DNA of 64,000 nt from Bdellovibrionales bacterium (GTDB lineage: Bacteria; Bdellovibrionota; Bdellovibrionia; Bdellovibrionales; JAUICD01), in contig OZ253553.1 of NCBI GenBank assembly GCA_965262715.1, positions 800,001 to 864,000 on the forward strand. The letters are read 5' to 3'. The position numbers and the translations under genes are program-made. Positions 1-9,393 of the stretch are shown here, one piece after another (the stretch's first letter is position 1; every line of letters starts with the position of its first letter). Under the pieces are notes generated by a model that searched no databases, was not told the DNA's origin, and was given only the letters and a program-made list of their open reading frames with translations.

Positions 1-124
1 TATTATGAGTTTCTGCTAAGATGTCTTTTCTTTTAGCAATCACAGCTCCTACAGGAACTTCTTTTTTTTCAAAAGCTTTTTGAGCTTGAATAAGAGCTAA
101 TCTCATGCCTTCTTTATCTTGCAT
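1..124 (-). CDS. tadA: tRNA-specific adenosine deaminase, 5' part (runs off window start; not in ORF track)
   Basis: Minus-strand translation from ATG 124 gives MQDKEGMRLALIQAQKAFEKKEVPVGAVIAKRKDILAETHN, matching the M..AL..A..A...EVPVGAV N-terminus of TadA deaminases (not the Tad pilus ATPase). Confidence 0.85.
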   Translation of the reverse strand, partial: MQDKEGMRLALIQAQKAFEKKEVPVGAVIAKRKDILAETHN

Positions 125-127
125 TAT

Positions 128-3100
128 CTATCTATTAAGGTTCAATATACTTCCTGGACTTGATGGTTCATTTTCAGGAGATATGGGTTGTTGTTCGCCA
201 GTATTATCCATCTGTCTTTCATTTTCTTGTCTCTCATATCTATCTGCCTGCGATTCCACGACTACACGGATATCATTATTTTCCACAATAAGTCTGGTAC
301 GAAGGCCTGATGGAAAAAAACCATCTTCATCAGTATAGGCATTAAGTTGCCTTTGTCTTTCAACATTCAACATCTGGACATAACCACGGATACCCCTAGC
401 TCCTTCATTATTTGCTGCTATTATTTCATAAACTTCATTGGCTTCAACAGTCCAGTTTCTATTTGCAATCATCAAACTTGCAATTTCAGTTAATTGAGCT
501 TTAGTTAATTCTGGTATATAGAAAGCTTTTTCGACCTGTACACGATCTTGGAAAGATTGTGGAGTATTTTCTTCTAACCACTTTATCGTAGTTTCTTTTG
601 AGTTTGCCTGCATTTTAGATGGATCAAGTTTATTAACTGGATTAAAATCGAAAATCCAATGAGTTTGTTCAAATGATACAACACGTCCTTTTTCATCTGT
701 TATTTTTCCATACTCGAGAATGCTTTCAAGAAGTTCTATTATGTTTGGCTTTAATCTATGAAATTCATTGACATAAATGATTGCATTAGGATATGCGCTA
801 ACATATCCGGTTAATGATTCTTTATCTACACGAGAGTCTTCTGATCTGCCTGGAATAGTTGGTTCTCCTAGTATTTTTGTTGAGTTAGTTTGATTATTAG
901 CATCTATATGAAAATAAGGCTTATCTAAATGAGGGAAAAGCCATCTTGCAATAGCTTCTATAAGTATAGTCTTTCCAGTACCAGGAGGGCCCCCTAAAAT
1001 TGTGATACTATAAGGACGAGCATTATCATCTCCTCCACTAGGTTTATTGGAGGAGAGTAAAATGCGTTCTAATATATCCATAATTAAACTGTTGTCTTGT
1101 ACAACTGTTTTCCTAACATGTTCTAAAGCACCTCTGGTATCTCTATAAATTGAACTGCCATTATATCCCACCGTTCCTTCTTTATCCCTCCTTTCTATAA
1201 TAATGGGCTGATTATTTAAAAAGCTTCTACTAATAATGGCATATAGTTCATTTTCTGATATTGTAATGTCTGATTGTCCATTCTGTCTTTTATTTTCCTT
1301 TAGTGTTTGAACTTCTTGAAAAACTATATCTGTTGTTGTCTGTAAATCTTTAAAGTAAGTTAATCTATGAGTGTTATATGTTTGATATAGATATAAAATT
1401 CCCTTAATGATCATTGCTTTTTCAATATTACTAATATTATTGTCATTATTCATTTCAATTCTTCTTTCAACCATAAATTCAAGAACCTTACCTATACCTT
1501 CCATATTAGGAGGGCTTTTTATAACTTCTCTAAAGAGCGTTCCAAGCGAGCTATCTTTGAATGCTCTATGTGTTGCTGGCTCTGTATATCCTAATATTTT
1601 TAATTGTCCTGGATATTGCTCTATAAGCCTTATTAATCCATCTCTCATCTGAGTGCCACTATCACCTTCTGTTTTTCCAAAATTCAATAAAGTGTTAAGA
1701 GGAGTATGAGAGATATGTAGTATAATCATAGCGTCTCTGTTATTAGATAATGCGTTCTCTATAGATTCTATAAATTGTTCTGTGTTTTTAGAGATAACAC
1801 CTACATACCTTGTTTCTCCTTCTGTCATAATCTTAGATGGGTCAAAATGAAAAACATAAATATTGACTGTGTTAGAAGTTGTTTGTTCCTCTGCATTAGG
1901 GGTTTCTTGTTCATCTTTCCTGTTTTCTCTTTGTCGGTGTTGTAATTCTATACTTTCAATACGGTGAGCTTGTGTTTGTTGTACTTCTCTCATCACGAGA
2001 GAACCTAGAGAGTGACGACCAGAGCCTATATCTCCAGTAATAACAATGCTATGAGAATTTATAGGGTTTATCAAGTCAGTAGCTAGTTTTTTATATAATG
2101 AAGGATCTAAAGGATAAAGATTTACTGATTGTGTTTCTGTTGGCCGGCTTGTGAAAGGAATATTTATTTCTGATGTTGTATTTTGTCTTTCTCTATTGGA
2201 AAAGAATGGAGGACGTGATACGTTTGAAGGGTACTCACTTGTTGTGATACCATCTTTTTGATCTTCTGATCTACTTATTTCAATGCCTTTATAAAAAGCA
2301 TTTTCTACCTCTTGTTGCTGCCTAGTGGAAAGATCATTAGAGAAATATTCTTTAAGCCACTGTATTCCAGTAGCATCTTTTGGAATACCTGCAAATATAT
2401 TTTGAAGACCAAGTCTAGAGATGCTTTGATTATTAATCATCGTGGTTAATGCTAAAAGAATATGTTCTGGGCTAATATATCGATTTACAAAGGATGGATT
2501 GCCGTTTTCTTGTCTATACTTAGCTTCTTTATTTTTTGCCTCTACAGCCGATATAAGTATACCTCTAGTTGCTGGTCCCCACTCTACATTTCCCCAGTTG
2601 ATAGAGTTGAAAGAATTATAACCACCCTCATGCAGTCTAAAAGTTACCCCTCCATCTTGCATAGTTTCTATTTCGAAAAGTTTTTCTCCGTCTGAAGATC
2701 TCACTGTCGTAACATTTGAAATTTCTTGAACGCTATCACTTCTTGTAATTAGGTTTTGATAACCTTCTAAAATTTTTTTAAAAAAGCTCTTAAAAAAATC
2801 TTTATGTGTATTTCTGGATACCCTGGAAAAAGTACCACCGGTATAATTATTATTTGGATTTGGGTTATGCGAGTTAGCTTGACCAACTTGATCAAAGAGA
2901 ACTTCTATTTCACCATTTTCTTTAACCCTTTCAACTTTTGCCATATGGGCAAGTAAGAAACTTTCTGGAGTTACAGTAATTCTTAAAGAGGTATCTCCAT
3001 TAGTTAGTTTTAATAGAGCTGCTATTCTAACAGCGAAATCGCTGACATCTTTTCCCTGTAATGTTTGTTCTAGGAAAAATGAGTGAGCCTTTTCAGAATG

Positions 3101-3217
3101 AGGATTATTAGAGCATATTCCTATTGCTTGATTTGGTAATAGAAAGGCGAATGCTATAATGATCCCAGCATTTAAAAGAAAATATATCTGAAATAAAGAA
3201 GATAAATTAATTCTCAT
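128..3217 (-). CDS. Divergent ClpA/ClpB-like AAA+ protein with N-terminal signal/TM segment
   Basis: Clp_N-like YISPEHILLAL; degenerate NBD1 (GDIGSGRHS); NBD2 GPPGTGKT, IIYVNEFH, GKITDEKGRVVSF, GARGIR; hydrophobic N-terminus from the likely start MRINL at 3217 (ORF track start 3295). Confidence 0.7.
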   Translation of the reverse strand: MRINLSSLFQIYFLLNAGIIIAFAFLLPNQAIGICSNNPHSEKAHSFFLEQTLQGKDVSDFAVRIAALLKLTNGDTSLRITVTPESFLLAHMAKVERVKENGEIEVLFDQVGQANSHNPNPNNNYTGGTFSRVSRNTHKDFFKSFFKKILEGYQNLITRSDSVQEISNVTTVRSSDGEKLFEIETMQDGGVTFRLHEGGYNSFNSINWGNVEWGPATRGILISAVEAKNKEAKYRQENGNPSFVNRYISPEHILLALTTMINNQSISRLGLQNIFAGIPKDATGIQWLKEYFSNDLSTRQQQEVENAFYKGIEISRSEDQKDGITTSEYPSNVSRPPFFSNRERQNTTSEINIPFTSRPTETQSVNLYPLDPSLYKKLATDLINPINSHSIVITGDIGSGRHSLGSLVMREVQQTQAHRIESIELQHRQRENRKDEQETPNAEEQTTSNTVNIYVFHFDPSKIMTEGETRYVGVISKNTEQFIESIENALSNNRDAMIILHISHTPLNTLLNFGKTEGDSGTQMRDGLIRLIEQYPGQLKILGYTEPATHRAFKDSSLGTLFREVIKSPPNMEGIGKVLEFMVERRIEMNNDNNISNIEKAMIIKGILYLYQTYNTHRLTYFKDLQTTTDIVFQEVQTLKENKRQNGQSDITISENELYAIISRSFLNNQPIIIERRDKEGTVGYNGSSIYRDTRGALEHVRKTVVQDNSLIMDILERILLSSNKPSGGDDNARPYSITILGGPPGTGKTILIEAIARWLFPHLDKPYFHIDANNQTNSTKILGEPTIPGRSEDSRVDKESLTGYVSAYPNAIIYVNEFHRLKPNIIELLESILEYGKITDEKGRVVSFEQTHWIFDFNPVNKLDPSKMQANSKETTIKWLEENTPQSFQDRVQVEKAFYIPELTKAQLTEIASLMIANRNWTVEANEVYEIIAANNEGARGIRGYVQMLNVERQRQLNAYTDEDGFFPSGLRTRLIVENNDIRVVVESQADRYERQENERQMDNTGEQQPISPENEPSSPGSILNLNR

Positions 3218-3612
3218 GATTATCTTGTATAACATAACTTGTTCATTTCTGATAGTGTAAAAGGCAATAAACATAACATTTTGTAAAAATAACAAAAGAC
3301 TGTGAAATTTTTACATGGTTAGCTGTTTTTCCAAAGATGGCTTTGCCTCTGATGATTTTCACTATCAGAAAATAGGTAATGCTTAGAAAAAATAGTCATT
3401 TTTGGGAGAAAGATACTCTCTGTTTTTTTACACAATGATACCATGTTTTATGATTTCAAACACAGCCTACTGACTGCTTTGACTGCCGGATTCCAGAACA
3501 AGGAAGGCCTAATTAGTTATAGGTTAAATTATAAGATTGATAATCTTAAAAAGAGTAAAAAAAATTAATCGTAAAAGTTAACTGCTTAAGATATTACGAA
3601 CCGATTTATTAC

Positions 3613-5127
3613 TTATGGTATCTCTTTTTGACAATCTACTGTTACGCCGTCAGCAGTACCTATACATTGCCATCTGTAATGAGTGTCTGTGTCTTCCAAA
3701 GCTGAATCATCAGCAGTTCCATAAACACAGCTATTTCTTATAGAGTTATCACAAATACCATTTCTTGCTCCTGCTGCTGATATTTCTATTTGACAATCTA
3801 TTGCAGTACTTCCACCACTTGATCCCTCACAATGCCATCTATAATGTGTGTTTGTATCTGCTATGATATTGTCATTAGCTACTCCAGAGGCACAGCCATT
3901 TTGGACAGAGTTATCGCAAGAACCATTGATAAGAACTCTTCCGGAATCATCTTCTTCAGATTGACATATATGATGACTTTGCCTTTCAGTATCAAGTCCA
4001 AGATAGCAATAATTACCATCTTGTGGGCAGTAATTATAATATGTTTGGGAGACTTCTTGTGAACCTGCTTCATCCGAAGCAGAAAGATTGATTGTTTCTT
4101 CAATACAATCAGAGCTTGAATCTAGGCTGATATTTATCAGATCGTCATGACAGGTAAAATCAGTTTTATCGTCTTCATCAATTTGATATTTGCAGGTATA
4201 GCCATGCAGAACCTCTATTTGTAGATACTGACTAGTGGCTCTTCTGTATTTATAAATATCATTATTTTCTAATGAAGTGGCTATTTCATCTGTGCCATCA
4301 GTGAGAATAACAGGATTGAAATGAGGATTTAAGCTAGAAGTTACATTAAAGTTTTGTCTTCTATATGTAAGGCATTCACTTTTTGACGGATCAGAACTTG
4401 TCGCAGAAGATTCAATCACTAACGCTCCTTCATTTTCATCAAATGAAAGTTCAATTGTATTTGCAGTTTCTTCTACAATATCCCCAGATGGAAAAGTGAC
4501 TTTCCATTTGGTAGAAGAAAAATTATCACTATCTTTTAAACTAAAAGTAGCAGAACTATCAGCTGTTAAAGAACCTGATAGGAGTTCTATTTCTAAGATA
4601 TCAGTAAGGTCGCAAGAGTCGCCGGCAACAAAGCGTTTACTCGCTGAATTTAAAAGTGTTTCATTTTGATAAGATTCAGTAAAAACATCATAAGCTCCTG
4701 ATTGAGAAAATGTTGTTTCATATGTATCTAAAGTGACAGGATCATTTGTCACAATAGATTCGAAACCTCTCGTTATTGTCCATTTGTAACTATCAGAATT
4801 AGAATGGGCATTTATAAATTTGAATTTTGTTTTAGAATCAATAGAAATGAGGCTGTCTTCTACCACATCTTCAGTTGCAATATCTATCTGAACAATATAA
4901 CCATGGCCTTGATCATAGGTTATAGGTTCAGAAGGTTCCTTATCAGTCTCCATAAATTCTGATGGGGAGGTATTGAGGTCATTTTTCCTGCAACCTTGAT
5001 AGGTCATAAGCAAAAAAGGGAGAGTAAAAATTGTGATGTAAACACAAAATTGACTGTTTGGCATTTTTTTTACAGCAAAGACAATATCTTGTAATTTATT
5101 TTGATAAAAAGTTTTTAATTTTTTCAA
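3613..5127 (-). CDS. Exported/lipoprotein-like acidic protein with beta-rich domains and two C-terminal Cys-rich repeats
   Basis: Hydrophobic stretch ending LMTYQGC; two ~45-aa repeats NGxCDNSxxNxC..G...D...DTxTHYRWxCxG...DCQ. Confidence 0.6.
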   Translation of the reverse strand: MKKLKTFYQNKLQDIVFAVKKMPNSQFCVYITIFTLPFLLMTYQGCRKNDLNTSPSEFMETDKEPSEPITYDQGHGYIVQIDIATEDVVEDSLISIDSKTKFKFINAHSNSDSYKWTITRGFESIVTNDPVTLDTYETTFSQSGAYDVFTESYQNETLLNSASKRFVAGDSCDLTDILEIELLSGSLTADSSATFSLKDSDNFSSTKWKVTFPSGDIVEETANTIELSFDENEGALVIESSATSSDPSKSECLTYRRQNFNVTSSLNPHFNPVILTDGTDEIATSLENNDIYKYRRATSQYLQIEVLHGYTCKYQIDEDDKTDFTCHDDLINISLDSSSDCIEETINLSASDEAGSQEVSQTYYNYCPQDGNYCYLGLDTERQSHHICQSEEDDSGRVLINGSCDNSVQNGCASGVANDNIIADTNTHYRWHCEGSSGGSTAIDCQIEISAAGARNGICDNSIRNSCVYGTADDSALEDTDTHYRWQCIGTADGVTVDCQKEIP

Positions 5128-5715
5128 AATAACTCCTTTTTATTTTTTTTCGACTTAAATATAGTTATTAAGTTATATTAATAGTCCATCATAATAATAA
5201 GTGTATAAATAAGGTTCGGTTGGAACTTCTTATAACATGAGAGAAAAATTGGATTTTATTGATAATTTTTCTTTAATTTGGAACATATTTAAGAAATTTG
5301 AACTTTAAACTAAAATAATCTATATTATAACTCTTAAAATGATTCAAATTGAGATAATAGAAAGTTTTTTATAAAAATACTTGATTTTTTTAAAAAGTAA
5401 GGTTACTATATTAATATAAAGCAAAGGTTAATATTATAATTAATTTCTGTACGTATCCTCCTAAGGCTTTCCGCCTTTTAAATAGCACGTCAAAAATACT
5501 TTCTTTTGTGTGTAAAAGCTCACTTAAAAATATGGTGTGATTTGTGTATGACTTTATCACCTAATCATATAAGTAAAGAGAGTTTTATGTAAAGGGATTG
5601 TTGGGTCTATTTAAGTAAACAGAAGATACAAACAAAAAGACTCTGGCAATATGGTTTAGGTATTTATTAATAGCTGCTCATAGGGCAGTTTAATCTAAAG
5701 TGTAAGGAGTTTATC

Positions 5716-5919
5716 ATGTTAAAGAAGTTAAATAAAAAGGTTAAAAACTTAGCTGTAAGAATTTGGAAAGATGAGTCAGCACAAGGTATGACAGAATATA
5801 TATTATTAGTTGTTGCTTTAGTTGTTGTTTTAACATTTTTTAAAGGTCAATTCGACTCAACAATTCGAGATGCAATAACTGGAATGACTGACAAAATCAA
5901 TGTTTTCATAGGTGGTTAA
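5716..5919 (+). CDS. flp: Flp family type IV (Tad) pilin
   Basis: Basic leader, DESAQGMTEYILLV Flp motif followed by hydrophobic helix; AAGGAG RBS. Confidence 0.9.
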   Translation: MLKKLNKKVKNLAVRIWKDESAQGMTEYILLVVALVVVLTFFKGQFDSTIRDAITGMTDKINVFIGG

Positions 5920-6027
5920 GGTTTAGATTTATCATCTCAGCTTATGAAACATAAAAACAACTTGAATTTACTCATATCATAAAGATTCAATTTGATACAT
6001 CAAAGGTCATGCATATCACAGATTTGG

Positions 6028-6060
6028 AAAGGCAAAGCAGGTAAGCTTTGCCTTTTTTTT
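6028..6060 (+). terminator. Rho-independent terminator after flp
   Basis: AAAGGCAAAGC-aggtaa-GCTTTGCCTTT followed by a T tract. Confidence 0.8.
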
Positions 6061-6179
6061 ATAGATTTAATATCGTTTTACTTAAAAGACCGAATTGAAA
6101 TCTTTGATCTATCCAAAATTAATATTGGTTCATGACACTTTAAAGTGATTCTTAAGGGTATTAACTTATTGTTATAATT

Positions 6180-6300
6180 ATGAAAAGGAGGTATTTTGTC
6201 CGTTCCCAATTTTCTTAAGGTGAATTTTAGAGAAATTAAGAGTTCAAGTGTTCTGGCATAACTTATAAAGATAAGCACCTAGCTTATTAGTTTCTTTTAT
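6180..6300 (+). pseudogene. Decayed IS1595-family transposase 5' remnant
   Basis: MKRRYFVRSQFS* then .NFREI, aligning with MKNKYFVRSRISEKKFREI of the 15095-15277 ORF; the IS3 left end follows at 6303. Confidence 0.7.
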
Positions 6301-6302
6301 GA

Positions 6303-7619
6303 TGGTCTGTACCCCATAAACTGGAGAGTTAAGTGATAAAGTAACTCACTTGAGATTCCTGAATTTTAGCTATAAAAAGCTATAAGATCAGGAGGAAGAT
6401 CATGGGCAAAGTAAGAAGACGATTTAATGTTGAATTTAAGGAAGCTATTTGTAAATCGATGCATGAAGGCAGATCTTTGTTAGAGATTTGCCGGGAGCAT
6501 CAACTTCATCGCCAAACAGTCTTAGAGTGGTTTAAGAAGTATCAACAAGGGACACCTTTGGGAAACCCTTCATCAAGGGAGAGATCTCTAGAGAGACAAA
6601 TATATGCTCTTCAGGCAAAGGTAGGACAGCTCAGCTTAGAAAACGAGTTTTTAAAAAAAGCCAAAAAGGAGCTTCAACAGAGGAAAAGCGTAGGATCGTC
6701 GGTAATCACTGGAAAGAATTTGGATCAATTTCAAAAACGTGTAAAGCGTTAGGGTTACCTTTAAGTAGCTACTATTACAAGAGAAAGATTTCACAGCAAG
6801 AGCGAGAGCAAAGGGATTTTGATTTGAAAGAGCAGATTGAGAGGATACAGTGTAAATACCCGATGTATGGAATACGTCGTATTCAATTGGAACTTGAGCA
6901 AGAGAAGAGTATTAAAGCCAACCACAAGAGGATTGCTCGCATTATGCGGAAATACGGTTTAAAGGCTTTGATTTACAAAGGTTTTAAGGTTTCAACCACG
7001 GATTCTAAACATTCAAATCGAGTTTATCCGAATTTAACTTTTGGCATTGAAGTGAATAGACCCAACCAGCTTTGGGTAACAGATATCACATACATTAGGA
7101 TTCAAGATGGTTTTGTTTTTTTAGCAGTGATTTTAGATATTTTTTCAAGGAAGATTGTAGGGTGGGCTATTTCTAGAGAGATCAACACAGAGCTTTGTTT
7201 AGGAGCTTTAGAGATGAGTTTAGAGCAGAGATCAGATACTAAAGGATGTATTCATCATAGTGATCAAGGTGTGCAATACACCAGTAAAGATTATACCTAC
7301 AAGCTTAAAGAAAAAGGCTTTAAGATCAGTATGTCGAGAAAAGCCAATTGTTGGGATAATGCATTTGTTGAATCTTTCTTTAGCTCTTTAAAACGAGAAG
7401 AGGTTCATCTGTGTGAATATAAAACTTTTGAAGATGTATTAAGAAGTATTCCAAAGTTTATCGAAGGTATGTATAATAAAAAAAGGCGACATTCTTCATT
7501 AGGTTACTTATCACCTAATGAATTTGAAGCTAAATGGAAAACAGGAGAATTAACAACAATGGGAATCTCAGCAGTGAGTAAAATATGGAACGGATCCTCC
7601 AAATAAAGGGTACACCTCA
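6303..7619 (+). mobile_element. IS3-family insertion sequence, apparently complete
   Basis: TG...CA ends with imperfect IR (TGGTCTGTACCCCATAAACTGGAG / rc TGAGGTGTACCCTTTATTTGGAG); orfA HTH and orfB DDE. Confidence 0.92.
6402..7606 (+). CDS. IS3 transposase OrfAB (OrfA 6402-6752; OrfB fused via -1 frameshift)
   Basis: OrfB WVTDITY, HHSDQGVQY, NAFVESFF motifs; A7G slippery site 6653-6660; -1 frame open (KSQKGAST...CKALGLPLSSYYY) into the 6824 ORF. Confidence 0.9.
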
Positions 7620-7848
7620 CTTCCTACTTGAATCCACCTAATAACAATGGGTTACTTTTTATTTTTATCTTCCATATCTAAAAAATCAAAACAACCTGCT
7701 TTTAATAAGTTATCTAAAGCTTCTTTAGCATTACTGAATATCTCCTTATCATTACTTTTTAAGTCAACTCCTAAGCAGTTTTTATTTTATTTAAAGGCAC
7801 CAAGCTCCTTCTGTTGCTTCTAATACAACAAATTTTTTAAATGCATCT

Positions 7849-8400
7849 TTATTTTATAAATTTATCTAAAAATGTTTTTGCCTTCTTCTTTAAAACATTT
7901 GTGCTTTTGTTAAGGAGTTGATCTCTAGCTTTTGGAACATCACCTCTTAGAGCGTTTTCAATAATTGTCTTTCGTTTTTTAGGCTCAAATTGATTGCGAT
8001 GGATTTTTTCTTTTATTTTACTTAACTTTTCTATTTTACAATTTAAGATACATTGAAGATCTTGTGTTTTATATAAAGCAAAATCTTTTCCATTACAAAC
8101 GACAAAAAGAGTAATATTTAAATTCAAAGCATAAGATCTTGCTTGGGCCATTATTTTTTTGTTTGAGATATTTTTAGTAGAGTCTTTAGCCTCAATGACA
8201 AATCTTTTTTTTCTATTAACCAATATAACATAATCAGCAAAGCATTTTTTGGGATCTCCACGACCAGCCTGAATATCTACTGGAAATTCTCTTTGAATAT
8301 TACTATCTTTATAGCCTAATTTTTTTAAGATTGCGTCAATCTTTACTCTTACATCTGCTTCTTTCATAATTCCCTCATCATCTAATATAATATCCTTCAA
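7849..8400 (-). CDS. Stand-alone type I restriction HsdR N-terminal (PD-(D/E)XK) nuclease-domain protein
   Basis: EADVR..IL..LGY, ADYV, VIEAK, QARSYA, CNG motifs. Confidence 0.8.
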   Translation of the reverse strand: MKDIILDDEGIMKEADVRVKIDAILKKLGYKDSNIQREFPVDIQAGRGDPKKCFADYVILVNRKKRFVIEAKDSTKNISNKKIMAQARSYALNLNITLFVVCNGKDFALYKTQDLQCILNCKIEKLSKIKEKIHRNQFEPKKRKTIIENALRGDVPKARDQLLNKSTNVLKKKAKTFLDKFIK

Positions 8401-8431
8401 ATATAATAGTCGTACCTATGGCAAGAAAAAG

Positions 8432-8647
8432 ATGAATAGTCAAACAGTGGATCACAAAAAAGAGTTAAAAACCATTGAGACCATCAAAAACCTTTATATT
8501 AAAGGCATCAATCCAAATACTATAGCTAAGGTATTAAGCACTATGAAAATACCTACTAAACAGCATAAAAAAGAGTGGCATCATCACACAATTATCAATC
8601 TTCTTAAAAGAGAAAATCTTTACAAACAAGTAAAATCAACAGCTTAG
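8432..8647 (+). CDS. Serine-recombinase 'Recombinase' DNA-binding domain fragment
   Basis: LY..G....IA..L....IPT.....W....I..LL pattern; no catalytic domain upstream. Confidence 0.6.
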   Translation: MNSQTVDHKKELKTIETIKNLYIKGINPNTIAKVLSTMKIPTKQHKKEWHHHTIINLLKRENLYKQVKSTA

Positions 8648-8656
8648 GAGGAAATC

Positions 8657-8830
8657 ATGGAAACATTCATTAAAATTATTATAAATACATCATTGTTATT
8701 TGGATCAGGTTATTGTGCTAAAAAGCTTTTATTTGATGTTGAAAAAATGGCTACTAACAGGATAGGAAAAGGACTTTCACCATCAGAAAGCTTTGCGAGA
8801 AAACTCACTGACACAAAGTTATCTTTCTAA
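8657..8830 (+). CDS. Small hypothetical protein (57 aa; not in ORF track)
   Basis: AGGAGG RBS, METFIKIIINTSLLFGSGYCAKKLL...KLSF*. Confidence 0.55.
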   Translation: METFIKIIINTSLLFGSGYCAKKLLFDVEKMATNRIGKGLSPSESFARKLTDTKLSF

Positions 8831-9087
8831 TGATTTAAAGAACAAAGGCACTAATATCATAATATCATGAGTAATATAATAAATTTTGTTTTTTATTACT
8901 TTTTTATAAGAAGTTCTATTGACTCTAAAAAAAAGTTACCAATATATATTATATATTGAAGTCCATAGCTTTTAAGGAAAGTGAATTTTCCCAAAAAAGA
9001 CTACTTAACAAAGAAATAATTTGCCGGAATTGGAAAAACTTTGGGAACAATACAAAGCAAAGGTTCTATCTCTAAACTAAACATCCC

Positions 9088-9300
9088 TATAGAATCCTAT
9101 CCCCTGATGGTAGGAACGAGAAGGCTCTATACACTAGCACTCCTTAAATCCCTCTCAGAAAGAATAAAGAGGACATAGGAAAAGGATTTGACCTCATTGT
9201 TGAGACAAATACACGAGGAATCATTGCTGCAGGACTTGTTGCTGGGTTAGAGATTGAAAAGATGATGGAGATTTATAGAGATAAAGGTAGAAGAATAAAG
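9088..9300 (+). pseudogene. Frameshifted patatin-like phospholipase (CBASS CapV-like) remnant
   Basis: Stitched frames read YRILSPDG.GTRRLYTLALL...DIGKGFDLIVETNTRGIIAAGLVAG...IYRDKG, i.e. decayed DGGG and GTSTG motifs. Confidence 0.65.
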
Positions 9301-9393
9301 GATTGGAGTTTTGGAGTTCGCCCTTTAGAATTTTCCATGAATGCTCAATTTCTCAGATTCAATTTTATGTGTGATTTTTAGCAAAAAAACTAG

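Noticed and set aside
5643..5662. Sigma-54 promoter for flp
   Set aside because: TGGCA is present but there is no TTGC at the required spacing
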